From the NCBI RefSeq assembly GCF_004010195.1, contig NC_057717.1, positions 102,650,572-102,674,888 of the forward strand: a stretch of DNA of 24,317 nt, given 5' to 3'. Below, one piece after another: positions 9,661 through 18,825 of the stretch. Source of the stretch: Chiloscyllium plagiosum. Lineage: Eukaryota. Made by a program: the position numbers and the translations under genes. The notes under the pieces are model-generated. The model ran no database searches, was not told the DNA's origin, and was given only the letters and a program-made list of their open reading frames with translations. Numbering within the stretch: the stretch's first letter is position 1; the number at the start of each line of letters is the position of its first letter.

Positions 9661-11338
9661 CCGTTTCCCTGGCCCCCACTGCCTCATCTTCACTGTGGAC
9701 GTCCAGTCCCGATACACTTCCATCCGCCATGACCAGGGCCTCCACGCCCTCCGTTTCTTCCTCTCCCGACATCCCCAACTGTACCCTTCCACTGACACTC
9801 TCAGTCACTTGGCTGGACTGGTCCTTACCCTCAACAATTTCTCCTTTGAATCCTCCCACTTCCTCCAGACGAAAGGGGTAGCCATGGGCACCCGCATGGG
9901 CCACAGCTATGCCTGTCTCTTCATCGGGTACGTAGAACAGTCCATTGTCTGCAGCTACACCGGCACCATACCCCACCTTTTCCTCCGCTACATTGATGAC
10001 TGCATCAGCATGACCTCGTGCTCCCGCGAGGAGGTTGAGCAGTTCATCAACTTCACCAACACATTCCACCCCGACCTTAAATTCACCTGGACCATCTCTG
10101 ACACCTCCCTCCCCTTCCTGGACTTCTCCATCTCCATCAACGGTGACTGACTCAACACTGACATCTTCTACAAACCCGACTCCCACAGCTACCTGGACTA
10201 CACCTCCTCCCACCCTGCCTCCTGTAAAAATGCTATCCCTTATTCCCAATTCCTGCGCCTCCACTGCATTTACTCTCAGGAGGACTAATTCCACCATCGA
10301 ACACACACCAGCTGACCTACTTCTTTAAAAACTGCAATTTCCCCTCCTGTGGTTGATGATGCCCACCAGTGCATATCATCCACTTCCCGCACCTCTGCCC
10401 TCGAACCCCACCATTCCAACCAAAACAAGGACAAAAGGCCCCTGGTCCTCACTTTCCACCCCACCAACCTCTGCATATAACACATCATCCACCGCCATTT
10501 CCACCACCTACAAACCGACCCCACCACCAGAGATATATTTCCGTCCCCACCCCTATCCACTTTGCATAAAGACAATTCCCTCCACAACTCCCTTGTCAAG
10601 TCCACGCCCCTTAACAACCCACACTCCCCTCCCGGCACCTTCCCCTGTCACTGCAGGAATTGCAAAACCTGCGCCCACACCTCCCCCCTCACCTCCATCC
10701 AAGGTCCCAAGGACCCACATTTATCAGAGTTTCACCTGCACTTCCACACATGTCATTTACTGTATCCAACGCTCCTGATGCGGTCTCCTCTACATTGGGG
10801 AGACTGGACGCCTCCTGGCAGAGCGCTTCAGAGAACATCTCCGGGACACCCGCACCAATCAACCCCACCGCCCCGTGGCCAAACACTTCAACTCCCCCTC
10901 CCACTCCGCCAAGGACTTGCCGGTCCTGGGCCTCCTCCATCGCCACTCCCTCACCACCCGACGCCCGGAGGAAGAACACCTCATCTTCTGCCTCCAACCC
11001 CATGGCATCAATGTGGATTTCAGCAGTTTCCTCATTTCCCCTCCCCCCACCTTATCCCAGTTCCAACCTTCCACCTCAGCGCTGCCCTCATGACGTGTCC
11101 TACCTGCCAATCTTCCTTCCAACCTATCTGCTCCACCCTCCTCTCTGACCTATCACCATTACCTCTGTCTACATGTCATACTCTCAGCTACCTTGCCCCC
11201 AACCCAAGCCCCCCTCCCATTTACCTTACCACTCCCCCCACTCANNNNNNNNNNNNNNNNNNNNNNNNNNNNNNNNNNTGCTTTTCCAGCACCCCACTCT
11301 CGACTCTAATCTCCAGCATCTGCAGTCCTCACTTTCGC
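9661..11338 (+). mobile_element. 5'-truncated Penelope-like retroelement (Neptune-type): RT, Cys-rich linker and GIY-YIG endonuclease, pseudogenised
   Basis: RT motifs TVDVQSRYTSI, GVAMGTRMG, LRYIDD, LPFLD; thumb YKPDSHSYLDYTSSHP..KNAIPYSQFLR; linker PCHCRNCKTC; EN VIYCIQRS*CGLLYIGETGRLLAERFREH. Several stops and frameshifts. Flanked by the 14-bp TSD CCAGTGACAGTATC (9647-9660, 11339-11352). Confidence 0.92.
11245..11278. other. Assembly gap (34 N)
   Basis: Run of N. Confidence 0.99.
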
Positions 11339-11372
11339 CCAGTGACAGTATCAATTAGCCACCACCTTCCCT
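11339..11372 (-). mobile_element. 5' head remnant of the SINE family B copy split by the PLE
   Basis: ccagtgacagtatcaattagccaccaccttccc corresponds to ccagcgataatac...cattgcctcccc at the end of the 18826-19402 copy. Confidence 0.6.
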
Positions 11373-11504
11373 AAGACCAGAGCCACTTCTGTAATATTAT
11401 CTGCCAATTGGGTAAGTCGCCCTTTTTAGATACCTCTGCTTTCCACTTCTTTGTTTGTTAAAAAAAGGAAATCTGTGTTTTAATTGTAAAAGTCCTGTGT
11501 TTTG

Positions 11505-11575
11505 TCTGGAAACATTGACTCTCCTGCTCCTCTGATGCTGTTTGACCTGCTGTGCTTTTCCAGCTCCATGTTTAT
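11505..11575 (+). mobile_element. PLE terminal-repeat fragment (family P1)
   Basis: gaaacattgactctcctgctcctctgatgctgtttgacctgctgtgcttttccagc matches the P1 unit. Confidence 0.7.
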
Positions 11576-11979
11576 TAACCTTTGTCTGTGAAACTCTCAC
11601 AGGAAGATCAGAGGCAAAGCACTGGTTTGGAATGCAGTAGTGATGGCCCAGTGAGAAGGGGAGATCTCAGGGGCTGGGGACTCTTTTCGGGGAGGCTGAA
11701 TGGTTCTGAGACTTTTCCGGGAAAGGTTCGGACCTGGTCAGGGCTGGGGAGGTCACAATTTCTTCTCAAAACTGGCTCTTGACGCTGGGCTGTGGAAGCC
11801 TTCACAGTCAAACATTTCCCGACCTTTCCTGAGGAACAGGTGATGAACGCGCTGCCTCACAGCGGATTGTACACTGGCTGGCTCAGTGCTGCCTCTGCTG
11901 ATCCCATCGTCGTATTACGCAAAGGAGATATATTCAGTAGCACCCAGCAGAGCTGGGAGCAGGATTTTGGCCACGAGCT

Positions 11980-12304
11980 ATTATCACTGGAGTGTTAATC
12001 CAAAAACCCAGGTAATAATCTGGGTGGACCTGGGTTCAAATCCCACTACAGCAGGTGGTGGAATTTGAATTTAATGAAAGAAATTCTGGATTTAAGAATC
12101 TAATGATGGCCATGAATCAATTGTCATGGGAAAAAACATCTGGTTCATTAATGTTATTTAGGGAAGGAATGTACCAACGTTACTTGGTCTGGCCTAAATA
12201 TGACTCCAGACCCACAATCATGTTGTTTCCCTATGAGGCAATTAGGGGTGGCAGTAACTGCTGGTCTAACCAGATATGCCCACATCCCACGAATGAATAA
12301 AAAA
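11980..12304 (+). mobile_element. tRNA-derived SINE family B
   Basis: B box GGGTTCAAATCCC, body TGGTTCATTAATGTTATTTAGGGAAGGAA...TGACTCCAGACCCACA, tail GCCCACATCCCACGAATGAATAAAAAA. Confidence 0.8.
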
Positions 12305-12544
12305 GCACTTCAGCACTTTCAAAATGCTTTAAGACCCATTAAGTACCTTTTCAACTGTAGCGGACATAAACACAGCTGTTCTGCTGGAGCTGATTAGTGA
12401 ATATAAGCTTTGAGCTGGATGGCCCCAGGTTAGAGTCGCTCTCTGGGACCCATTGACCGTGAAGGAACCCTCCAAAGCCTCTGGTGGGGGCAAGTCTACT
12501 GTCTCCCAGAGAAAAAGGGGCAGGGTGGCTGCAAGCAGGACAAA

Positions 12545-12675
12545 GGCGCAGGTTCAATTCCTACACTGCCTGTGGGGTACCTTGAAGGACTCTCCCTGTG
12601 CCTGAGGTACGGTCAGTTTGCACCCCCCACCAGTCATCTCCCTCTAACAAGAGTGGCATTATGGTGACGTCACCT
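12545..12675 (+). mobile_element. Degenerate tRNA-derived SINE remnant
   Basis: B-box-like GGTTCAATTCC followed by GAAGGACTCTCC...GCCTGAGG...CCACCAGTCATCTCCCTCTAA, resembling a shark SINE body recalled from memory. Confidence 0.4.
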
Positions 12676-13637
12676 TAAGAAATTCTGAAGTCATCAGTGG
12701 AGTGTGGTGCTGATTCTGTCCTGTTGCTGTGTTGACCCCTGACCTGTGGTGCCTTTGGAGGAGCGGAGGTGGGGGGGAGATCATTTCAAGGAGCACTGAG
12801 CTGAATGGTTTAACAGAGACTAAATCCTGGGGGATTTTATGACCACCCTGGGAAACAATGCAAATGGTTCTACAGTTAGAATACCCTGAATTCTTTTAAA
12901 TGTTCTGAGCCTGGGAACCCTGTCTCTCGCGATGCCAAGCCATGGTCTGGACTGGCACGGCGCCATATAAATTCAGCAATTCCAAGCTTACGTTCGCTTA
13001 GGACGGAATGTTTCTGGCACAAAATGGCAATTAGTACTGGGTATCTTAAAGCTTTGATGTGGAAGAGGACAAGGGAACAATGTGAAGGATGGGATGGAGG
13101 GGAGATGTTGACAATGTGCTCAGATATGAGCGTTCAGCTTGGATGATTGGACTGCGTCCACACAGAGGGGCTAAGATTTGTTGACATGGCCAATTTGTTA
13201 GTGGCGTGCTATAAATACACTCCAAAACCGTACTCAAATGGGATTTCTAAAGTCAAAGATTGGAAAGTTTGAGTTCTCAACAGAGGATGGATAGGCTCAG
13301 ACCTCTTTTGCTGGAGTGCAGGAATTTGAGAGATGACTTTAGAGAGATTTATAAAATAATGAGAGGTATTGGTAGAGTTGATGGTAGTTGTCTTTTTCAT
13401 AAAATGGGGAATTTCAAGATGAGGGGGCACATTTTTAAGGTGAGAGGAGAGAGATTTAAAAAAGACATGAGAGGCCATTTTTTTTTACACAGAGGGTGGT
13501 TCAGGGTGTGGAATGAACTTCCTGGGGAAGTGGTGGATGCGGGCATAGTTACAATGTTAAAGACGTTTGGTTAAGAACATGAATAGGAAAGGTTTGGAGG
13601 GATATGGGTCAGGAGCAGGCAGGTGGGACTAGTTTAG

Positions 13638-13733
13638 CCTTGACCCAGGGTCATTTAGACTCGAAACGTGAGCTCTTTTCTCTCCTTACAGATGCTGCCA
13701 GACCTGCTGAGATTTTCCAGCATTTTCTCTTTC
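13638..13733 (+). mobile_element. Solo PLE terminal repeat (family P2) with decayed hammerhead motif
   Basis: AGGGTCATTTAGACTCGAAACGTG...GATGCTGCCAGACCTGCTGAGATTTTCCAGCA; flanked by the 7-bp direct repeat AGTTTAG (13631-13637, 13734-13740). Confidence 0.75.
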
Positions 13734-13982
13734 AGTTTAGTTTTTGATTATGTTCAGCATGAGTCGAAAAGTGTGGCACTAGAAAAGCGCAGCAGGTCAG
13801 ACAGCATCCAAAGAGCAGGAAATTCCACGTTTCGGGCCTAAGCCCTTCATCAGGAATTCCTGATAAAGGGCTTATGCTCGAAACGTCGATTCTCCTGCTC
13901 CTCGAATGCTGCCTGACCTGCTGCGCTTTTCCAGCGCCACACGTTTCAACTCTGGCTCTCCAGCATCCGCAGTCCTCACTTT

Positions 13983-14187
13983 GGCGGGTTTTGAGAAGAT
14001 TTGTAGCTCAGGTTGAAGTTCTGGATGTAGATTTGTTCGCTGAGCTGGTAGGTTCATTTTCAGACGTTTCGTCACCCTACTAGGTAACATCTTCAGTGAG
14101 CCTCCGGAGTCCGGAGATGTCACCTAGCCGGGTGACGAAAGGCCTGAAAATGAACCTTCCAGCTCAGCGAGCAAACCTGCATCCACA
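13983..14187. mobile_element. Palindromic PLE terminal-repeat element (family P3)
   Basis: Inverted arms tggatgtagatttgttcgctgagctggtaggttcattttcag / ctgaaaatgaaccttccagctcagcgagcaaacctgcatcca; 12-bp TSD AGTCCTCACTTT (13971-13982, 14188-14199). Confidence 0.85.
14060..14099 (-). ncRNA. Minimal type I hammerhead ribozyme motif (PLE-associated, family P3), core intact
   Basis: Minus strand UCA-CUGAAGA-U-GUUACC-UAGUAG-GGUGAC-GAAAC-GUC-UGA: conserved cores, 6-bp stem II, UCA/UGA stem I, palindromic ACGU in place of stem III. Confidence 0.75.
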
Positions 14188-14680
14188 AGTCCTCACTTTC
14201 TCCATTATGTTCAGCATGGACTGGTTGGAGTGAAGGGTCTGTTTCCATGCTGAGTATGACTCTATGACTCTTAAAGAAAGGCTCGTCTCAGCTCCCAGTT
14301 GGAGTGCCGATGGGTTACCTCGATAAGCACTGAGCCCTTTGCACTGAGAAAGTTGCTGTTCCTCGCTTGTCAGCTTGTGTGGTGCGAGACTTTGAGAAGT
14401 GGCATCCGAAGTCCCTGAGCGGGTGCGGGTGACATCGCCCACCCCCCCCACCTTTCCCATTCACATACGGCAATTGTCGGAAATGCTTTGTAGCTCAGCC
14501 GGTATTAATAACGGAGGAATGGAGTTCTTGCACTGGAGCAATGAATGTTCCTTGAAACTGGAAGGTTTTTACCCAAACCTGGAGCAGGGGAAAGGTTGGC
14601 ATGAGTTGAGCAGGGAATGGTAGCAGGAATGGTGAGGTCCCTGATGGGACAGGAATATGCTCCCAGCGAGACCCAGTAAC

Positions 14681-14976
14681 ATTCCTATAGTGTGGAAGCA
14701 AGCCATTTGGCCCATTGGGTCCACACCAACCCTCTGAAGAGCATCTCACCTCCCTCCCCTATTCACCTTTCCCCATGGCTAACCCACCTAGTGTGCACAT
14801 TATGGGGTAATTTAGCATGGCCAATCTTCTTAACCTGCACATCTTTGGACTGTGGGAGGAAACCCACGCGGACACGGGGAGAATGTGCACACTCCACACA
14901 GACAGTCACCCAAGGCTGGAATCAAACCCAGGTCCCTGGTGCTGTGAGGCAGCAGTGCTAACCACTGAGTCACCCC
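14681..14976 (-). mobile_element. HE1-like V-SINE
   Basis: gctgtgaggcagcagtgctaaccactgagtcacc head and V-domain on the minus strand. Confidence 0.88.
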
Positions 14977-15084
14977 AATATTCATAGCTAAGCAACTCTT
15001 AATGTTCTTCAGTGGTGAAGTGGATCCCTTGACGTTGGAAATCCAGTCAGACAAAGATCAGATCTGTGGGAAGGTCAGATCTGG

Positions 15085-15150
15085 AATGTTGATTCTGTTT
15101 TCCGTCCACAGATGTTGACTGACCTGCTGAGCATTTCCATTCCTCTTTTT
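15085..15150 (+). mobile_element. Decayed PLE terminal-repeat fragment (family P2)
   Basis: gttgattctgttttccgtccacagatgttgactgacctgctgagcatttcca resembles 13680-13730. Confidence 0.5.
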
Positions 15151-15681
15151 CTTGTCATTATTATCCCATAGCAAAGGGGTGGTGGTCTTTGGAGGAGAGG
15201 TGAATGGCAGAATTCCGGCTCAGGATCCCAGACTGAGGTTCTGCTGGGGTTGCCTAGGAGACTGTAACAAAGCAGATTGTGCGTCTGTACAATGCAGGAT
15301 CCTCTATCAGTTTAAATCACTCCCCGTGACAGTTTTACAGAATAAATATTATTGATATCTGGGTAGAACTATAATGTTCCGTCTTTATATAATAGGGACT
15401 CGTCAAGTTTTCAGCGAGTGAACTGAACTCGAGATAAGAGTTGAGACTTGTCAGAGAGTACAGTAGGATTGAAACTTCTGTATATGAATCAAGAACTAAA
15501 TAGCTCTTAACAGGAAAAGCTCAATTCAGCATCCCATTCCACGACTATAATAGAAAGAACATGCTTTTTATCTGCAACTTCCCCTTCTAAAATATCATAC
15601 AGTGCCCTGGGACTTCTAATGTTTACAAGAAAATGCACTTTGTTCTTTTTACATCTTAGTTGGATGGTAGCAACTCTGACA

Positions 15682-16265
15682 GTCACAGAGTCATACACGG
15701 AAACAGACCCTTCGGCCCAACCACTCCATGCCGACCATAATCCCAAACTAAACTAGTCCCACCTGCCTGCACCTGGCTCATACTGCTCCAAACCTTTCCT
15801 TTCATGAACTTATCCAAATGTTTTTTAAACATCGTAATTGTACCCACATCCACCACTTTCTCAGGAAGATCATTCCACACATGAACCATCCTCTGTGTAA
15901 AATATTTGCCCCGCGTGTCGTTTTTAAATCTCTCCCCTCACGCCTTAAAAATGTGCCCCCTAGTCTTGAAATTCCCCATTTTAGGGAAAAGACAACTACC
16001 ATTAGCCCGATCTGTACCTCTCATTATTTTATAAACTTCTATCAGGTCACCTCTCAACTTCCGACACTCCAGTGAAAGTGGTACCAGGTTATCTAGTCTT
16101 TCTGTATAACTCAAACCTTCCATACCCAGCAGCATCCTGGTAAATCTCTTCTAAAACTTCTCTGGCTTGATGATGTCCTTCCTATAACTGGGCGACCAGA
16201 ACTGGACATAGCATTCCAGATGAGGTCTCACCGATGTCCTGGGTCAACCTCAATGTAATATCCCA
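15682..16265 (-). mobile_element. CR1 (HER1-like) LINE 3' fragment
   Basis: Minus ORFs MEGLSYTERL...LRGDLIEVYKIMRG and VWNDLPEKVV...FKKHLDKFM; same subfamily as 13265-14270. Confidence 0.9.
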
Positions 16266-16995
16266 GTATTCGCTGAGTGTCAGTCTGGGCTGGGATTGGG
16301 GGGGGGGGGGTCGGGTGACACTGAAGAATTTAGCTGATTGAAGAGGAATGGGCTGGCTCTCCCAATGTTCTTCCAATACGTAATGACTGACCCAGCGTCC
16401 ACAAACGGGGATGATTGCGCTGTTTGACCTGGCCCCCGTGTTTCTCTGCGTCAAAGCAGTGACCAGTCTTTGGAAAGTCCCTCCTCGATTGTTCCAACAC
16501 TCTGGGGAAATCCCTGGGGTTGAGAGGGGCGCTATGGGAATGCAGGCTCTTCCTCTCAGTTCTTTCCCACATGAGTTTCCAGTGCGGGGAGTGGAACTTG
16601 GCTTCAGACCATGACGAGCAGCTGGTATAAGCAGCAACATGAGAGACATCTGCTCCTGGTGGGATTTATGGGAACTGGGAGCGATCCAGAGCTGGTTCCT
16701 TTCCAGTGACAAATGTGGAATGAAAGCGATACCCAGCGAAAGCTTCTCAAGTCATCAGGGAGTTAATTCTTGGCCACCCCTGAGTGATCCCCGATGACTG
16801 ACTGACTTTTTTTGGTTAAAATTGTAATACTCAGATGAGATTCCTGGGTCTGAGTGGGGTTGATAGCAAAATGTTCTGAATCTTAAAATTGTCAGCTTAA
16901 TAGCATTTCAGTGTATAGCACTGGCTGAATAGGATTATGTGGTTTTGTGTCCCACTGTAGAGACAAGACTGAGACTGACACTTCAGTGTGGTGTT

Positions 16996-17465
16996 GTGGC
17001 CAAACACTTCCACTCCCCCTTCTACTCGCACAAGGACATGCAAGTCCTGGGCCTCCTCCACCGTCAAACTCTAACCACCCAACGCCTGGAGGAAGAGCGT
17101 TTCATTTTCCACCTTGGGATCCTCCAACCCCATGGCATCAATGTGGATTTCACCAGTTTCCTCAACTCCCCTCCCCCTGCCTTATCCCAGATCCAACCCT
17201 CCAACTCAGCACCACCCTCTTGAACTGTCCCACCTGTCTACCTTCCTTCCCACCTATCCACTCCACCCTCCTCTCCGACCTATCACCACCGAACCCCCCC
17301 ACCTTCGTCTACCTATCGCATTCCAGCTGCAATCCCCTCTCCCGTTTATCTCTTCTCCTTAATCATTGACTCTCCTGCTCCTCGGATGCTGCCTGACCGG
17401 CTGTGCTTTTCCAGCGCCACATTTTTCGACTCTGATCTCCAGCATCTGCCAGTCCCCACTTTCTC
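16996..17465 (+). mobile_element. 3' fragment of the Neptune-type PLE (GIY-YIG C-terminus plus P1 terminal repeat)
   Basis: VAKHFHSPFYSHKDMQVLGLLH...RLEEERFIFHLGILQPHGINVDF is homologous to 10875-11030; ends in the P1 tail CTCCAGCATCTGCCAGTCCCCACTTTCTC. Confidence 0.85.
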
Positions 17466-17711
17466 TGAGTGCTGTCTTTCCCCATGAATCTCTTCCCCAA
17501 TCTCTGTCCGCCCAGTTCCAAATAAAACTTCCTGGGGCACAATCTCAGAGGTGTTCTCCCTGATCTTCTCGACAATATTGATGCCCCAGTCAATGCGGAT
17601 TATCCGGTAAAAATCAAAAGAACTGTGGCCGCTGGAAATCAGGAACAGAAACAGGGAAAAGCTCTGAAGAACTGATGGTAGCTGGGAAAATGTTGGTTTA
17701 CATGCAGAGGT

Positions 17712-18025
17712 GGGGCAGCACGGTTGCTCAGTGGTTAGCACTGCTGCCTCACAGCACCAGGGTCCCAGCTTCAATTCCAGCCTCGGGGGACTGACTGTGT
17801 GGAGTTTGCACATTCTCCCTGTGTCTGCGTGGATTTCCTCTGGATGCCCTGGTTTCTTCCCACAATCACAAAGATGTGCAGGTCAGGGTGAATTGGCCAC
17901 GCTAAATTGCCCATAGTCCTAGGTGCATTAGTCAGAGGGAAATGGGTCTGGGTGGGTTACTCTTCGAAAGGTCGGTGTGGACTTGGTGGGACAAAGGGCT
18001 TGTTTCCACACTGTAGGGAATCTGA
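17712..18025 (+). mobile_element. HE1-like V-SINE
   Basis: GGGGCAGCACGGTTGCTCAGTGGTTAGCACTGCTGCCTCACAGC head, V-domain, tail TGTTTCCACACTGTAGGGAATCT. Confidence 0.9.
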
Positions 18026-18029
18026 TCAT

Positions 18030-18160
18030 AAGGAGAAAGTGAGGACTGCAGATGCTGGAGATCAGAGCTGAAAATGTGTTGCTGGAAAAGCGCAGCAGGT
18101 CAGGCAGCATCCAAGGAGCAGGAGAATTGACATTTCACGCATGAGCCCTTCTTCAGGAAT
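18030..18160 (-). mobile_element. Solo PLE terminal repeat (family P1) with decayed hammerhead motif
   Basis: Minus strand runs ATTCCTGAAGAAGGGCTCATGCGTGAAATGTC...GTCCTCACTTTCTCCT; direct repeat GGAATCTGATCAT at 18017-18029 and 18156-18168. Confidence 0.82.
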
Positions 18161-18348
18161 CTGATCATGAGGCAGGGATGGGGGAAGGAGTAAGCAATAG
18201 GTGGAAATAAAGCCCAAGGAAAGAGAAGAACAGTTGGACAGACAAAGGATTGGGTAACGATCTGACTAGGAGGGAGAATAGCTGTTATTGGGGACTGTTA
18301 GTGGCAAACAATGGGTTGTGTGTAATAGCAGACTGTGTGATAACAAGG

Positions 18349-18475
18349 AGAAAGTGAGGACTGCAGATGCTGGAGATCAGAGCTGAAAATGTGTTGCTGG
18401 AAAAGCGCAGCAGGTCAGGCAGCATCCAAGGAACAGGAAAATCGACGTTTCGGGCAAAAGCCCTTCATCAGGAAT
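18349..18475 (-). mobile_element. Solo PLE terminal repeat (family P1)
   Basis: Near-identical to 18030-18160; direct repeat TGTGATAACAAGG at 18336-18348 and 18488-18500. Confidence 0.85.
18441..18475 (-). ncRNA. Minimal type I hammerhead ribozyme motif (PLE-associated, family P1), core intact
   Basis: Minus strand AUUC-CUGAUGA-A-GGGC-UUUU-GCCC-GAAAC-GUC-GAU: both conserved cores, perfect 4-bp stem II, GUC cleavage triplet. Confidence 0.75.
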
Positions 18476-18665
18476 GTGACAACAATATGTGATAACAAGG
18501 CCTAGTGGATGGGGGTTGGGGTCAGGACATGGGATAAAGTTATTGAACTCGATATTGAGTCTGGCGGGCTGCAGGGTGCCCAAGTGGAAAACGAGGTGCT
18601 GTTCTTCCAGTTTACGCTGAGCTTCGCTGAGATGTTGGCCAGGGAACAGGGTGGGGTGTTGAAGT

Positions 18666-18760
18666 AAAAACAGAAATTGTTGGACATGCTCAGCAGGTCT
18701 GGCAGCATCTGTGGAGAGAAATCAGAGTTAACGTTTTGGGTACGGTGACCCTTCCTCGGG
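18666..18760 (-). mobile_element. Solo PLE terminal repeat (family P2) with decayed hammerhead motif
   Basis: ctcagcaggtctggcagcatctgtggagagaaatcagagttaacgttttgggtacggtgacccttcctcgg; minus strand CCGAGGA-AGGGUCACCGUACCC-AAAAC-GUU. Confidence 0.7.
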
Positions 18761-18825
18761 GCAGGTATGTTGAAGGGGCAGGCAACTGGGAGTTGTGGCG
18801 AGATTCTCTTGTGATGGGATTATCT

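Larger units (their letters stand above)
13762..14203. mobile_element. Palindromic PLE terminal-repeat element (family P1), itself interrupted by a P3 element
   Basis: Inverted arms of ~95 bp centred on CAGGAATTCCTG (13851-13862); 15-bp TSD ATTATGTTCAGCATG (13747-13761, 14204-14218). Confidence 0.85.
13265..14270 (+). mobile_element. CR1 (HER1-like) LINE 3' fragment carrying three nested PLE-derived insertions
   Basis: Encodes LRDDFREIYKIMRGI...RGHIFKVRGERFKKDMRGHFF...VWNELP. The 3' UTR reassembles once the inserts are removed and ends GAAGGGTCTGTTTCCATGCTGAGTATGACTCTATGACTC. Confidence 0.9.
17610..18800 (-). mobile_element. 3' fragment of a second PLE family (P2), broken by four nested insertions
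   Basis: Minus strand at 18540-18620 encodes RKLEEQHLVFHLGTLQPARLNIEFNNF (PLE EN C-terminus); a terminal-repeat-like remnant lies at 17610-17700. Boundaries approximate. Confidence 0.65.

Noticed and set aside
9626..10306. 226-aa minus-strand ORF
   Set aside because: Antisense shadow of the C-rich PLE RT coding sequence.
13762..14203. Palindromes as DNA-transposon MITEs or miRNA precursors
   Set aside because: The arms match the 3' end of the PLE in this window, carry hammerhead motifs and have variable-length TSDs, unlike fixed-TSD TIR transposons. There is no evidence for a miRNA.
14516..14631. Cluster of GGAATG (TEAD-like) motifs
   Set aside because: Two of the three arise from a small tandem duplication; too short to distinguish from chance.
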